Source: Delftia acidovorans NBRC 14950 (lineage in GTDB: Bacteria; Pseudomonadota; Gammaproteobacteria; Burkholderiales; Burkholderiaceae_C). Taken from it: a DNA stretch of 32,000 nucleotides. This document shows positions 1-10,603 of this stretch, piece after piece (the first letter of the stretch is position 1; each line of letters starts with the position of its first letter). Position numbers and translations under genes: made by a program. The notes beneath the pieces are model-generated. The model saw nothing but the letters and a program-made list of their open reading frames with translations, did no database searches and was not told the origin of the DNA. Location of the stretch: assembly GCF_001598795.1 (NCBI RefSeq), contig NZ_BCZP01000001.1, positions 90,001 to 122,000 of the forward strand. Direction: 5' to 3'.

Positions 1-374
1 CGTCGGGCTTCATCGACGTGTCCTCGGCCAATGCGCACCTGAAGTCCGAAAAGATCCGCATCCTGGCCATCACCGGCATGCAGCGCCATCCGGCGCTGCC
101 CGATGTGCCCACCTTTGCCGAGTTGGGGCTGGCGGGCTTCGAGGCCAATGGCTGGTTCGCCACCTTCGTGGCGGCGGGAACGCCCCGGCCCATCGTGGAC
201 AAGCTCTCGGCCGAGGTGCGGCGCATTGTGGCCTCGCCCGAACTCAGCGGCCGCCTGGCGGCCATGGGGCTGCGCCCGGTGGGCGGTACGCCCGAGGAGC
301 TGTCAGCGGCCATGGCGCGCGACCTGCCGCGCTGGGCGCGCATCGTCAAGGATGCGGGAATCAGGCTGGAGTAG
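1..374 (+). CDS. Bug-family (TctC-like) tripartite tricarboxylate transporter substrate-binding protein, C-terminal fragment (5' end off-window)
   Basis: The frame is open from base 3. The translation ...IRILAITGMQRHPALPDVPTFAELGLAGFEANGWFATFVAAGTPRPIVDKL...PEELSAAMARDLPRWARIVKDAGIRLE matches the conserved C-terminal half of Bug/TctC periplasmic binding proteins. Stop at 372-374. Confidence 0.8.
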   Translation, partial: SGFIDVSSANAHLKSEKIRILAITGMQRHPALPDVPTFAELGLAGFEANGWFATFVAAGTPRPIVDKLSAEVRRIVASPELSGRLAAMGLRPVGGTPEELSAAMARDLPRWARIVKDAGIRLE

Positions 375-1836
375 CCGGCGCTGCCCGTGCCCGTGCCCTG
401 TCTTCGCTGTCGCCAGTGCCCTGGCCCGGAGGCAGGGGCTGTGGCCAGGCAGGCTGCGGCGGCCGCAGCTGCTCCAGCACACGGCTGAGCCGCAGCACGC
501 CCAGGTCGTCAAAGCGCCGGCCCGCGATCTGCACGCCGATGGGCAACTGCCCGTCATGCCCGCAGGGCACGGACGCGGCGGGCTGCTCGGACATGTTGTA
601 GGGCACGGTGAAGGCAATGTGCTCCAGCGGTCGCAGCGGGTCGTTGGTGGGGCTGGGCAGGTGGGCCGGGAAAGCCGTGATGGGCGCCACGGGCGACAGC
701 ACATAGTCGAAGGCCGCCGTGGCACGCACCGTGGCCACGCGCAGCAGGTGCGATTGCTGGCTGGCCACGAACAGCTGGGTGGCGGTGATGGACCCGGCAC
801 TGTCGGCCCAGTCGCGGATGAAGGGCAGGACCACGCGGCGCTGGGCGTCCGGCAGCGACTGCATTTCCACATGCGAGCGCATGCGCCAGAAATGGTCGAG
901 GCCGTCGAGCATGTCGCGGGTGAGCCAGGGCTGGATGATCTCGATATGGGCACCGGCCGATTCCAGCCAGGCCGCAGCCTGCTCCACCACGGCACGCACG
1001 CGGGGCTGCAAGGGCAGGCCGCAGCCGGCATCCAGCAGCAGGCCTATGCGCAGGCCGCGCACCTGGGCGGGGTCCATGTCGAAGCCGCTCCAGGCAATGT
1101 CCTGGTGCGGCAGGCCCATGCTGTCGCGCGCATCGGACAGGGACAGGGCCTGCATCATCAGCGCGGCATCGGCCACGCTGCGCGTCATGGGGCCGGCGCA
1201 GCGGCCGGTGTAGGGCGGGTCTATGGGCACGCGGCCCAGGCTGGGCTTGAGGCCGAAGATGCCGCACCAGCCTGCGGGCAGGCGGATGGAGCCGCCAATG
1301 TCCGTGCCCACATGCAGCGGCCCGTAGCCGGCCGCCGCAGCGGCGCCCGCGCCTGCGCTGGAGCCGCCCGGCGTCTTGTCCAGATCCCAGGGGTTGAAGG
1401 TGTTGCCGTGCAGCGAGGACAGGCCCGAGGACAGCATGCCGTAGTCGGGCATGGTGGTCTTGGCGAAGAGGATGGCGCCCGCTTCGCGCAGCCGCGCAGC
1501 GGGCGGTGCGTCCAGCGGCGCGGCGACCTGGGGTGTGGCGGCCGTGCCCACGGGGGTGGGGTCGCCGCGCGTGGCGATGTTGTCCTTGACCGTGGCGGGG
1601 ACGCCGTCGAGCAGGCCTGCCGGCTCGCCGCGCAGCCAGCGGGCCTCGCTGGCGCGTGCCTGGGCCAGTGCGGCCTCGGGGCGCAGCAGGTAGGTTGCGC
1701 CCAGGGCCGGCTCCCAGCGCTGCACATGGGCCAGCAGCTCGTGCATGACCTCGACGGGCGAGAGGCTGCGCTCCCGGTAGGCGCGCAGCAGCGCATGGGC
1801 GGGTAGGTCGTGCAGGGCCTGTGTCGTTCCAGTCAT
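361..1836 (-). CDS. Amidase-signature family amidase (GatA-like fold)
   Basis: 491 aa. ATG at 1836 (cat 1834-1836), preceded by AAGGAAG. Carries the amidase signature GGSSAGAGAAAAAG...GTDIGGSIRLPA and catalytic Lys context TVKDNI. The 3' end overlaps the convergent Bug gene by 14 nt. Confidence 0.9.
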   Translation of the reverse strand: MTGTTQALHDLPAHALLRAYRERSLSPVEVMHELLAHVQRWEPALGATYLLRPEAALAQARASEARWLRGEPAGLLDGVPATVKDNIATRGDPTPVGTAATPQVAAPLDAPPAARLREAGAILFAKTTMPDYGMLSSGLSSLHGNTFNPWDLDKTPGGSSAGAGAAAAAGYGPLHVGTDIGGSIRLPAGWCGIFGLKPSLGRVPIDPPYTGRCAGPMTRSVADAALMMQALSLSDARDSMGLPHQDIAWSGFDMDPAQVRGLRIGLLLDAGCGLPLQPRVRAVVEQAAAWLESAGAHIEIIQPWLTRDMLDGLDHFWRMRSHVEMQSLPDAQRRVVLPFIRDWADSAGSITATQLFVASQQSHLLRVATVRATAAFDYVLSPVAPITAFPAHLPSPTNDPLRPLEHIAFTVPYNMSEQPAASVPCGHDGQLPIGVQIAGRRFDDLGVLRLSRVLEQLRPPQPAWPQPLPPGQGTGDSEDRARARAAPATPA

Positions 1837-1936
1837 CGCGGCTTCCTTGAGGATGGTGGTTCCAGCGGCAGATCTGCTGCAGTTTGGACCGGGGCCACCG
1901 GCGCGCCTGTCGCCTGTGGCTCAGCCGGTGCGCGGT

Positions 1937-3430
1937 TCAGGTGGCCCAGGACAGTGCCGAGAGATCGTTGACGAAGATGGGCATGTCCTTCCACAGTCCG
2001 CGCAGATTCTTGTTGGCCACGGTGACCCATTGCGGCGTGTAGAGGAAGGCGTGCACGCAATCCTGGGCCAGCAGGCGCTGGGCATCGCCCAGCAGGCGCG
2101 AGCGGTCGGCGGGGCGCGAGGCATTCTTGATCTTGTCGTACAGCTCGTTGAACTGGGACGACTGGTAGCCCCAGTAGTAGTCGGGCTTGGCGAAGTTGCC
2201 CAGGTCGAAGGGCTCGACATGGGAGATCAGCGTCAGGTCGTAGTTCTTGAGGGTGTAGGTGCCCGACAGCCACTGCGCCCATTCGACGTTCTGCAGCTTG
2301 GCGCGGATGCCGATCTTGGCCAGCTGCGCGGCAATCACTTCGCCGCCCTGGCGCGCGTAGGGCGTGGGCGGCAGCGTCATGGTCAGCTCCAGCGGGGTCT
2401 TGACGCCGGCCTCGGCCAGCAGCGCCTTGGCCTTTTCCACGTCGAAGGGGTTGATGCCCGTGGTGTCCACGTAGCCGAAGGCCGTGGGCACGTAGTAGCT
2501 GCCGATGGGCAGGCCGTAGCCGTCGCCCGCGCCGTCGATCACGGCCTTGCGGTCGATGGCCGCGGCGATGGCGCGGCGCACGCGCGCGTCGCCCAGGGGC
2601 TTGCGTGCGTTGTTCATGGCCAGGATGGTCTTGGCGCGCGAGCCGCTGACCACGACCTGGAAGCGCCCGTTGGCCTTGAACTGGGCCACGCTGCGCGGCG
2701 TCACGCGCGGGAAGGCATCGACGTCGCCAGCCAGCAGCGCAGCGACCTGGGCCGCAGGGTCCGAGATGAAGCGAAAGCTGGCGCGGCGAATCCGCAGGCC
2801 GGAGGCCATGCGGTGCTGCGGCCAGGCCGTGAGCGTGACCGAGGCGCCCTTGTTCCAGTTGCCCAACTGGTAGGGGCCCGTGCCCACAGGGCGCGTGGCG
2901 TTGGTGGCCGCGCTCTTGGGCTCGACGATGATGGACGTCGCCTGGCCGAGCACGAAGAGGAAGTCGGGATCGATGTCCTTGTTGATCACGACCACGGTAT
3001 GGTCGTCCACCACGCGCGTGGACAGGGAGGCGAAGGTCCGCTTGTCCTTGTTGGTGCTCTTGTCGTCGCCCGCCCGGTCGAAGGAGTACTTCACGCTGTG
3101 TGCGTTGCAGGGCTCGCCGTTCTGAAAACTCACGCCCTTGCGCAGGCGAAAGGTGTAGGTCTTGAGGTCGGGCGAGACCTCCCAGCTCTCGGCCAGCAGC
3201 GGCGAGACGCTGCCGTCCGGGTTGATCTTGGTCAGCGTCTCGAACAGGTTGTAGAGCACGATCTCGCCGATGGAAGATGCGGCGCCGGCCGTGGGGTCCA
3301 GCCCCGGGGGCTCCAGCGTCATCGCCAGCGTGATGCTGTCCTTGCGGCTCTGGGCCAGCGCAGGCCAGGGCATCAGCAGGGGCAGGCCGGCAGCAGCGGA
3401 GCTGGCCAGCAGGGAACGGCGGTTGAACAT
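1937..3430 (-). CDS. ABC transporter substrate-binding protein, family 5 (peptide/nickel, DppA/OppA-like)
   Basis: 497 aa. N-terminal signal peptide MFNRRSLLASSAAAGLPLLMPWPALAQ. Family-5 SBP-like core (LAESWEVSPDLKTYTFRLRKGVSFQNGEP). GGAGAC Shine-Dalgarno before ATG 3430. Confidence 0.9.
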   Translation of the reverse strand: MFNRRSLLASSAAAGLPLLMPWPALAQSRKDSITLAMTLEPPGLDPTAGAASSIGEIVLYNLFETLTKINPDGSVSPLLAESWEVSPDLKTYTFRLRKGVSFQNGEPCNAHSVKYSFDRAGDDKSTNKDKRTFASLSTRVVDDHTVVVINKDIDPDFLFVLGQATSIIVEPKSAATNATRPVGTGPYQLGNWNKGASVTLTAWPQHRMASGLRIRRASFRFISDPAAQVAALLAGDVDAFPRVTPRSVAQFKANGRFQVVVSGSRAKTILAMNNARKPLGDARVRRAIAAAIDRKAVIDGAGDGYGLPIGSYYVPTAFGYVDTTGINPFDVEKAKALLAEAGVKTPLELTMTLPPTPYARQGGEVIAAQLAKIGIRAKLQNVEWAQWLSGTYTLKNYDLTLISHVEPFDLGNFAKPDYYWGYQSSQFNELYDKIKNASRPADRSRLLGDAQRLLAQDCVHAFLYTPQWVTVANKNLRGLWKDMPIFVNDLSALSWAT

Positions 3431-3559
3431 GAACAGGTCTCCGGAAATTCTTGCAGATGGTTCTCGGGCCGCTGTCTGCGGCCTGCAGCAGTGTTTTTAC
3501 ACCACGGCGCACGGGTGCGTGGCCCTGGGGGCCTGGTCCGCGCGGGCGGCCGTCAGCTT

Positions 3560-4413
<854 letters not shown>

Positions 4414-4423
<10 letters not shown>

Positions 4424-5466
4424 TCCTGTGCAGGCAGGCCCTGTGCAATGGCCTCGGGGCGCAGGCAGCGCACCACATGCGGCTGTGCCCAGGCCTGCAG
4501 GGATGCGGGCGTGGGCCGCTGCGGGCGCTCCAGTACCACGGGGCGCGGGCGCTCGCTGTGGCAGGTCGGCTCGGTGAAGCTGCAGCGGCCCGCGAAGGCG
4601 CAGCCGGCCGGCAGGTCCACCAGCTCGGGCACGGTGCCGGCAATGGTGGGCAGCCGGGCCGGCGGCAGGCTGCCTGGGGCGGACAGGTCCAGCTGGGGCC
4701 TGGCCGCGAACAGGCCGCGCGTATAGGGATGGGCGCGGCGCGCGAAGATGGCCTCGGTCATGCCGCTTTCGACCACGCTGCCGCCGTACATGACCAGCAA
4801 CTGCTCCACGTTCTGCGCGATCACGCCCAGGTCGTGCGAGATCAGCAGCAGGGCCATGGAATGCTCGGCCACCAATTCCTGCAGCAGGTCCAGGATTTGC
4901 TGCTGAACGGTCACGTCCAGCGCCGTCGTGGGTTCGTCGGCAATCAGCAGGTCGGGCCCGCAGGCCAGGGCCATGGCGATGGTGATGCGCTGGCGCTGGC
5001 CGCCCGAGAACTGGTGCGGATAGTCGTCATAGCGCTGGGCCGCACGGGCAATGCCCACGCGCTCCAGCAGCGCCACCGCATGCGCGCGCGCGGCCTGGCG
5101 GCCCAGGCGCAGGTGATGGCGCAGCGGCTCGGCCACCTGGCGGCCGATGCCGTGCACGGGGTTCAATGCCGTCATCGGCTCCTGGAACACCATGGCCATG
5201 CGGTTGCCGCGCAGGCGGCGCAGCGCGTTCTCGTCCATGTCCAGCAGCTCCTTGCCGTTGAGCTGGATGCTGCCGTCCACCTGCGCATGCTCTGGCAGCA
5301 GGCCCATCAGCGCCAGGGCGGTCAGCGACTTGCCGCAGCCCGACTCGCCGATCAGGCCCAGCGTGGCGCCGCGCTCCAGGATGAACTCCAGGTTCTGCAC
5401 GGCGCGCGCGCGGCCGCGCGGGGTCTGCAAGGTGATGGTGAGGCCGGAGACTTCGAGCAGGGGCAT
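4414..5466 (-). CDS. ABC transporter ATP-binding protein (DppD/OppD-like, with C-terminal oligopeptide-type extension)
   Basis: 350 aa. Walker A GESGCGKS, signature FSGGQRQR, Walker [14 protein letters not shown]-terminal Cys-containing tail ([10 protein letters not shown]) typical of OppD/DppD. Confidence 0.9.
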
Positions 5467-5481
5467 GGGCGCGTGCCTTCC

Positions 5482-6405
5482 TCAGCGCTGGCGCGACAGG
5501 CGCGGGTCGAGCAGATCGCGCAGCCCGTCGCCCAGCAGGTTGAGCCCGAGCACCGACAGCGCAATGGCCAGGCCCGGCCACACGGCCAGCAGCGGTGCCT
5601 GGAACATGAGGGTCTGCGCCTCGCTGAGCATGCGGCCCCAGGAGGCCTGGGGCGGCTGAGTGCCCAGGCCCAGATAGGACAGCGCGGCCTCGGCCAGAAT
5701 GGCCAGCGCGAACTGGATGGTGGCCTGCACCACCAGTACAGGCAGGATGTTGGGCAGCACATGGCGCCAGGTGATGCTGGCGCGGCCATGGCCGCAGGCG
5801 CGTGCGGCCAGCACGTATTCGCGCGCCCACACGGCCTTGGCCGATGCCCGCGTGATGCGCGCGAAGGTGGGAATGTTGAAGATGCCGATGGCAATGATGG
5901 CGTTGACGATGCCCGCGCCGAACACGGCCGTGAGCATGATGGCCGATAGCAGCGCGGGAAAGGCAAAGCTGAAATCGGCCAGCCGCATGATGGTCTCTTC
6001 CACCCAGCCCCTGCAGGCTGCCGCGACCAGGCCCAGCGCCACACCCATCGACAGCCCGATGCCCACGGCAATCACGCCGACCAGGATGGAGCTGCGCGCG
6101 CCCAGGAACAGCAGCGAGGCCACGTCCCGCCCATAGGCGTCGGTGCCCAGCCAGTGCAGGGCGCCCGGTGCAGCCAGCTTGGCGTCCATGTCCATGTCGT
6201 AGGCAGAGCCCGGCGTCCACCAGAAAGACAGCAGGGCCGTGAGCAGCAGCAGCGCGGTCAGCACCGCTCCCAGCAGGAAGCTGCGGTGGCCCAGCATGCG
6301 CCGGCCCGCTCCGGCGGGCGCGCCCAGGGTGACGGCCCGCGTGGGCCGATGGCCCGCTTGCGAGGCGGAGGGCGGGGGCGAAGGAGGGCTGTGCGGCTGA
6401 CTCAT
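5482..6405 (-). CDS. ABC transporter permease (DppC/OppC-like)
   Basis: 307 aa, multiple hydrophobic spans, DppC-like core (GTDAYGRDV...; EAA-loop region ARACGHGRASITWRHVLPNILPVL). Overlaps the upstream permease stop by 4 nt. Confidence 0.9.
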   Translation of the reverse strand: MSQPHSPPSPPPSASQAGHRPTRAVTLGAPAGAGRRMLGHRSFLLGAVLTALLLLTALLSFWWTPGSAYDMDMDAKLAAPGALHWLGTDAYGRDVASLLFLGARSSILVGVIAVGIGLSMGVALGLVAAACRGWVEETIMRLADFSFAFPALLSAIMLTAVFGAGIVNAIIAIGIFNIPTFARITRASAKAVWAREYVLAARACGHGRASITWRHVLPNILPVLVVQATIQFALAILAEAALSYLGLGTQPPQASWGRMLSEAQTLMFQAPLLAVWPGLAIALSVLGLNLLGDGLRDLLDPRLSRQR

Positions 6406-7364
6406 ACGTCGCTGGCCTCGATGCGCGGATCGATGGCCGCGTACAGCACGTCCACGATGAAGTTGATGACCACCACCATGGCTGCCAGCAGCAGCACGCA
6501 GTTGCGCACCACGATCAGGTCACGGTTGGCGATGGACTGGAAGATCAGCCGGCCCAGGCCCGGCAGGTAGAACACGTTCTCCACCACGATGGTGCCGGCC
6601 AGCAGCTGGGCGAACTGCAGGCCCATGACCGTGAGCACGGGAATCATGGCGTTGCGCAGCACATGGCCCCAGAGCACGGCACGGCGCGACAGTCCCTTGG
6701 CGCGGGCCGTGCGCACGAAGTCCTCGCGCAGCACCTCCAGCACGGCCGAGCGCGTGATGCGCGCCAGGATGGCCGCCTGCACCACGGCCAGCGAGATGGC
6801 CGGCAGCAGCAGCGCCTGCAGTGCCTGCAGCGGGCCGCCGCCGTCGGCCTCGCTCCAGCCGGGAAAGCCGCCGGCGGAAAACCATTGCAGCTTCACCGAG
6901 AACACCAGGATCAGCAGGATGGCAAACCAGAAATTGGGGATGGCGATGCCGACCTGTGCCAGGCCCATGATGCCCAGATCGCCCCAGCGGTTGTGGCGCG
7001 ATGCGGCATAGATGCCGGCGGCCAGTGCCAGCACGGTCGTGATGAGCATGGCCATCACGGCCAGCGGCACGGTGACGGCCAGCCGCTCCAGCACCAGCTC
7101 GCTGACCGGTGTGCTGTAGGCGTAGCTCAGTCCCATGTCGCCGTGCAGCAGCCCCTGCAGCCACTGCAGGTAGCGCTGCCAGGCCGGCTGGTCCAGCCCC
7201 AGTTGCACGGCCAGCGCCTGCACCGCCTCGGGCGCGGCATCGGGGCCCATCAGCGTCTGGGCGGCATTGCCGGGCAGCACTTCCAGTACGCCGAAAACCA
7301 CGGCCGATGCGCCCAGCAGCGTGGCTGCCAGCATCAGCAGGCGCTTGAGCAGAAAGATGCTCAT
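6402..7364 (-). CDS. ABC transporter permease (DppB/OppB-like)
   Basis: The ORF runs up to 7469, but the conserved permease N-terminus MSIFLLKRLLMLAATLLGASAVVF starts at ATG 7364 (cat 7362-7364). The upstream 35 codons are Arg/Pro-rich read-through. EAA-loop region ARAKGLSRRAVLWGHVLRNAMIPVLT. Confidence 0.87.
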   Translation of the reverse strand: MSIFLLKRLLMLAATLLGASAVVFGVLEVLPGNAAQTLMGPDAAPEAVQALAVQLGLDQPAWQRYLQWLQGLLHGDMGLSYAYSTPVSELVLERLAVTVPLAVMAMLITTVLALAAGIYAASRHNRWGDLGIMGLAQVGIAIPNFWFAILLILVFSVKLQWFSAGGFPGWSEADGGGPLQALQALLLPAISLAVVQAAILARITRSAVLEVLREDFVRTARAKGLSRRAVLWGHVLRNAMIPVLTVMGLQFAQLLAGTIVVENVFYLPGLGRLIFQSIANRDLIVVRNCVLLLAAMVVVINFIVDVLYAAIDPRIEASDV

Positions 7365-7591
7365 GGGCAATTGGCCTCGGCAGGGTGGGTGGCGGTCACG
7401 TCGGCGGAGTGGGTGGGTTGTTCTTGGAAGGGCCCGAATGGTACTGCGCACGGCCCATGCGCGCAGCATAGCGGCCTTTGAAGCGGCAGGGCCCCGATGG
7501 ACGGGGACGCGGCCATCGATTTCAGGGCGCCGGGCTTGCCCGTGCAGCCTCCATGCTTATGTGGGGGACAGGATAATGGCGGCATGACTGA

Positions 7592-7936
<345 letters not shown>

Positions 7937-7940
7937 ACGT

Positions 7941-8564
7941 TCAGCCCTTGTCGCTCTCGGCCGTGGCCGGGCGTGCGGGCTTGGGGCGCGGCGGCTTGGT
8001 GGTGTGGATCAGCAAGGTTGCCTTGTCCATGTTGCCGGCCTGCAGTTCGGGCCAGGCCTTGAGGGAGTGGGCGATGCTGTCCTCGATCAGCTGGCGCTGG
8101 TCGGGCGCGGGCTTCTTGAGCACCCAGTTGGCGACTTCGGCCTTGTGGCCCGGATGGCCTATGCCGATGCGCAGCCGCCAGTAGTCGGCCGAGCCCAGCT
8201 GGGCATGGATATCGCGCAGGCCGTTGTGGCCGCCGTGGCTGCCGCCGCGCTTGAGCTTTACCTGGCCGGGCTCGAAGTCCAGTTCGTCATGGACCACCAG
8301 GACTTCCTCGGGCTGGATCTTGAAGAAGCGCGCCAGCGCGCCCACCGACTTGCCCGACAGGTTCATGAAGGTCTGCGGCTGCAGCAGCCAGACGTTCTCG
8401 CCGCGCACGCTGGCACGGGCCATGAGGCCGAAGTAGCTGCGCTCGGGCACCAGCTGGACCTTGAGTTCGCGCGCCAGCGCATCAATCCACCAAAAGCCCG
8501 CGTTGTGGCGGGTGTCCTCATACTCCGGCCCGGGGTTGCCCAGGCCGACAAACAATTTGATCAT
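7941..8564 (-). CDS. pth: Peptidyl-tRNA hydrolase
   Basis: [25 protein letters not shown]... is the canonical Pth N-terminus. ATG at 8564. The ORF-track extension to 8687 is read-through. Carries a basic, Pro-rich C-terminal tail. Confidence 0.92.
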   Translation of the reverse strand: MIKLFVGLGNPGPEYEDTRHNAGFWWIDALARELKVQLVPERSYFGLMARASVRGENVWLLQPQTFMNLSGKSVGALARFFKIQPEEVLVVHDELDFEPGQVKLKRGGSHGGHNGLRDIHAQLGSADYWRLRIGIGHPGHKAEVANWVLKKPAPDQRQLIEDSIAHSLKAWPELQAGNMDKATLLIHTTKPPRPKPARPATAESDKG

Positions 8565-8690
8565 CGGGCGATTATCTCCATGGCGGCCGCAGCAGGCGGG
8601 TGAGGGTGCTCCTCCATGCAAAAGGCCCACGCGAGGTGGGCCTTTTGCAGGTTTGCGGCAGCCGGGGCCACCGCAAGGGAAAGCCAAGAA

Positions 8691-9320
8691 TTACTTCTTG
8701 CCCTTCTTGGCCGGAGCGGCCGGGGCTGCCACGGGAGCTGCCGATGCATCAGGAGCCACTTCGGGCAGCTTGATGGAGATCAGGGCGGGGTTCTTGTTGG
8801 AACCGCGCACCACGGCCTTCACGCCGTTGGGCAGCTTGACGCCTTGCAGGCCCAGGGTGGACTTGGAAGTCAGGCCGCTCAGGTCCACGGTGATGAACTC
8901 GGGCAGTTGGGCGGGCATGCACACCACGTCCAGTTCATGGACCAGGGGAGTGATCGTGCAGTTCTCGACCTTGACGGCCTGGGACTGTTCCATGCCTTCG
9001 AAGTGCAGCGGCACCTTCAGGTGAACCTTGGTCTTGTCGTCAACGCGCTGGAAGTCCACGTGCAGGATGAGCTGCTTGTAGGGGTGGAATTGCACGTCGC
9101 GCAGCACGACCTTGGAGGTCTGGCCGTTGACTTCCATGTCCAGGATGCTGGAGTGGAACACTTCCTTCTTCAGGGCGTGCCACAGGGCGTTGTGATCGAT
9201 TTCGATCAGTTGGGCTTCGGCAGCACCGCCGTAGACGATGCCAGGGGCCTTGCCCGAATTGCGCAGACGGCGGCTCGCACCCGTACCTTGCTTGGCGCGC
9301 TCAAAAGCGACGAATTGCAT
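8691..9320 (-). CDS. rplY: 50S ribosomal protein L25 / general stress protein Ctc
   Basis: 209 aa, MQFVAFERAKQGTGASRRLRNSGKAPGIVYGG... is the L25/Ctc family N-terminus. AGGAG Shine-Dalgarno before ATG 9320. Conserved prs-rplY-pth order. Confidence 0.92.
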   Translation of the reverse strand: MQFVAFERAKQGTGASRRLRNSGKAPGIVYGGAAEAQLIEIDHNALWHALKKEVFHSSILDMEVNGQTSKVVLRDVQFHPYKQLILHVDFQRVDDKTKVHLKVPLHFEGMEQSQAVKVENCTITPLVHELDVVCMPAQLPEFITVDLSGLTSKSTLGLQGVKLPNGVKAVVRGSNKNPALISIKLPEVAPDASAAPVAAPAAPAKKGKK

Positions 9321-9442
9321 AACTAACTCCTAGATGGATGGACCGCGACCAGCCTCATCCGTTGATAAAAGAACGCCCGTCCGATGCGGACCAGGCTGCT
9401 CTTGCGGTGTCCCGGGGTGGTCCTGAAACCACTCCGGAACGC

Positions 9443-9466
9443 GCAAACCTCCCGAAGGAGGTTTGC
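9443..9466 (-). other. Perfect 10-bp stem / 4-nt loop hairpin in the prs-rplY intergenic region (possible prs terminator or rplY leader element)
   Basis: GCAAACCTCC-cgaa-GGAGGTTTGC read directly from the sequence. No U-tract follows on either strand. Confidence 0.35.
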
Positions 9467-9493
9467 TGGGTTCCGACCACAGGGGCCGATATT

Positions 9494-10453
9494 TTATTCA
9501 GAGAACAGGCTCAGCACCGAATCACCGGTGGAAATCCGCTGGATCGTCTGGGCAATCAGGGGTGCCACGGACAGTTGGCGGATCTTGCCGCAGGCCTGTG
9601 CCTCGGCGCTCAGGGGAATGGTGTTGGTCACCACGACCTCGTCCAGGGCGTTGCCGTTGCCGATGCGCTCGATGGCCGGACCCGAGAAGATCGGGTGCGT
9701 GCAGTAGGCATAGACACTCTTGGCGCCGCGCTGCTTGAGCACTTCGGCCGCCTTCACCAGCGTGCCGGCGGTGTCGATCATGTCATCCATGATCACGCAG
9801 TTGCGGCCGTCGATGTCGCCGATGACATGCATGACTTCGGAGACATTCGCCTTGGGGCGGCGCTTGTCGATGATGGCCAGGTCGCAGCCGAGCTGCTTGG
9901 CCAGCGCACGTGCGCGGACCACGCCGCCGACGTCAGGGGAGACGACGATCAGGTCTTCGTAGTTCTTCTGGCGCAGATCGCCCAGCAGCACCGGCGTGGC
10001 ATAGATGTTGTCCACGGGGATGTCGAAGAAGCCCTGGATCTGGTCTGCGTGCAGGTCCATGGTCAGGACGCGCTCGACGCCTACGGCCTGCAGCATGTTG
10101 GCCACGACCTTGGCCGTGATCGGCACGCGGGTGGAGCGCGGGCGGCGGTCCTGGCGGGCGTAGCCGAAGTAGGGAATCACCGCGCAGATGCGCTCGGCCG
10201 ATGCACGCTTGAGCGCGTCCACCATGACCAGCAGTTCCATCAGGTTGTCGTTGGTCGGTGCGCAGGTGGATTGCACGACGAAGACGTCGCGCGTACGCAC
10301 GTTCTGCTTGATCTCGACGGCGACTTCTCCATCGGAGAAACGACCCACGTCGGCTGCGCCCAGCGTGGTGCCGAGGTGCTGAACGATTTCAGTGGCCATG
10401 CCAGGATTGGCATTGCCGGTGAAGACCATGATGTCAGGATGATGTGAATGCAT
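9494..10453 (-). CDS. prs: Ribose-phosphate pyrophosphokinase (PRPP synthetase)
   Basis: [24 protein letters not shown]...[10 protein letters not shown]...[10 protein letters not shown]...[17 protein letters not shown]...[11 protein letters not shown] are PRPP synthetase hallmarks. ATG 10453 is chosen because the longer ORF (to 10540) would run through the tRNA-Gln gene. Confidence 0.93.
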   Translation of the reverse strand: MHSHHPDIMVFTGNANPGMATEIVQHLGTTLGAADVGRFSDGEVAVEIKQNVRTRDVFVVQSTCAPTNDNLMELLVMVDALKRASAERICAVIPYFGYARQDRRPRSTRVPITAKVVANMLQAVGVERVLTMDLHADQIQGFFDIPVDNIYATPVLLGDLRQKNYEDLIVVSPDVGGVVRARALAKQLGCDLAIIDKRRPKANVSEVMHVIGDIDGRNCVIMDDMIDTAGTLVKAAEVLKQRGAKSVYAYCTHPIFSGPAIERIGNGNALDEVVVTNTIPLSAEAQACGKIRQLSVAPLIAQTIQRISTGDSVLSLFSE

Positions 10454-10497
10454 TGAGCGCCCCAGTACGATGGGTTTGCCTTGACGCGAAAGACGTT

Positions 10498-10574
10498 TGG
10501 CAGGGGAGGAAGGACTCGAACCCTCGCATGCCGGAATCAAAATCCGGTGCCTTTACCAACTTGGCGACTCCCCT
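10498..10574 (-). tRNA. tRNA-Gln (anticodon TTG)
   Basis: Reverse complement AGGGGAGTCGCCAAGTTGGTAAAGGCACCGGATTTTGATTCCGGCATGCGAGGGTTCGAGTCCTTCCTCCCCTGCCA folds as a cloverleaf. It has a 7-bp acceptor stem, anticodon stem CCGGA/TCCGG with loop TTTTGAT, a TTCGAGT T-loop and an encoded CCA. Confidence 0.9.
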
Positions 10575-10603
10575 ACACAGGCCTTCTGCCGCAGGCAGAC
10601 AGC

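Noticed and set aside
103-1806. Long opposite-strand or alternative-frame ORFs throughout the window. Examples: 103-1806 +, 1847-3994 +, 1833-3701 -, 4375-5949 +, 5027-6220 -, 13911-14819 -, 15108-16394 -, 16978-18183 -, 22046-23365 +, 28733-29995 +.
   Set aside because: - Their translations are Arg/Ala/Gly/Pro/His-rich low-complexity strings with no recognisable motifs.
- Each is fully shadowed by a gene with clear family signatures on the other strand or frame.
- Stop codons are rare in off-frames of high-GC DNA, so these are expected artefacts.
7941-8010. Basic, Pro-rich C-terminal tails on Pth (…[20 protein letters not shown]), RecN (…[40 protein letters not shown], 23118-23250) and L25 (Ala/Pro/Lys tail) as possible functional extensions.
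   Set aside because: Low-complexity tails of this kind are common in high-GC genomes, where the stop codon drifts downstream. Nothing in the sequence indicates a specific function. Noted only as a length difference from E. coli homologues.
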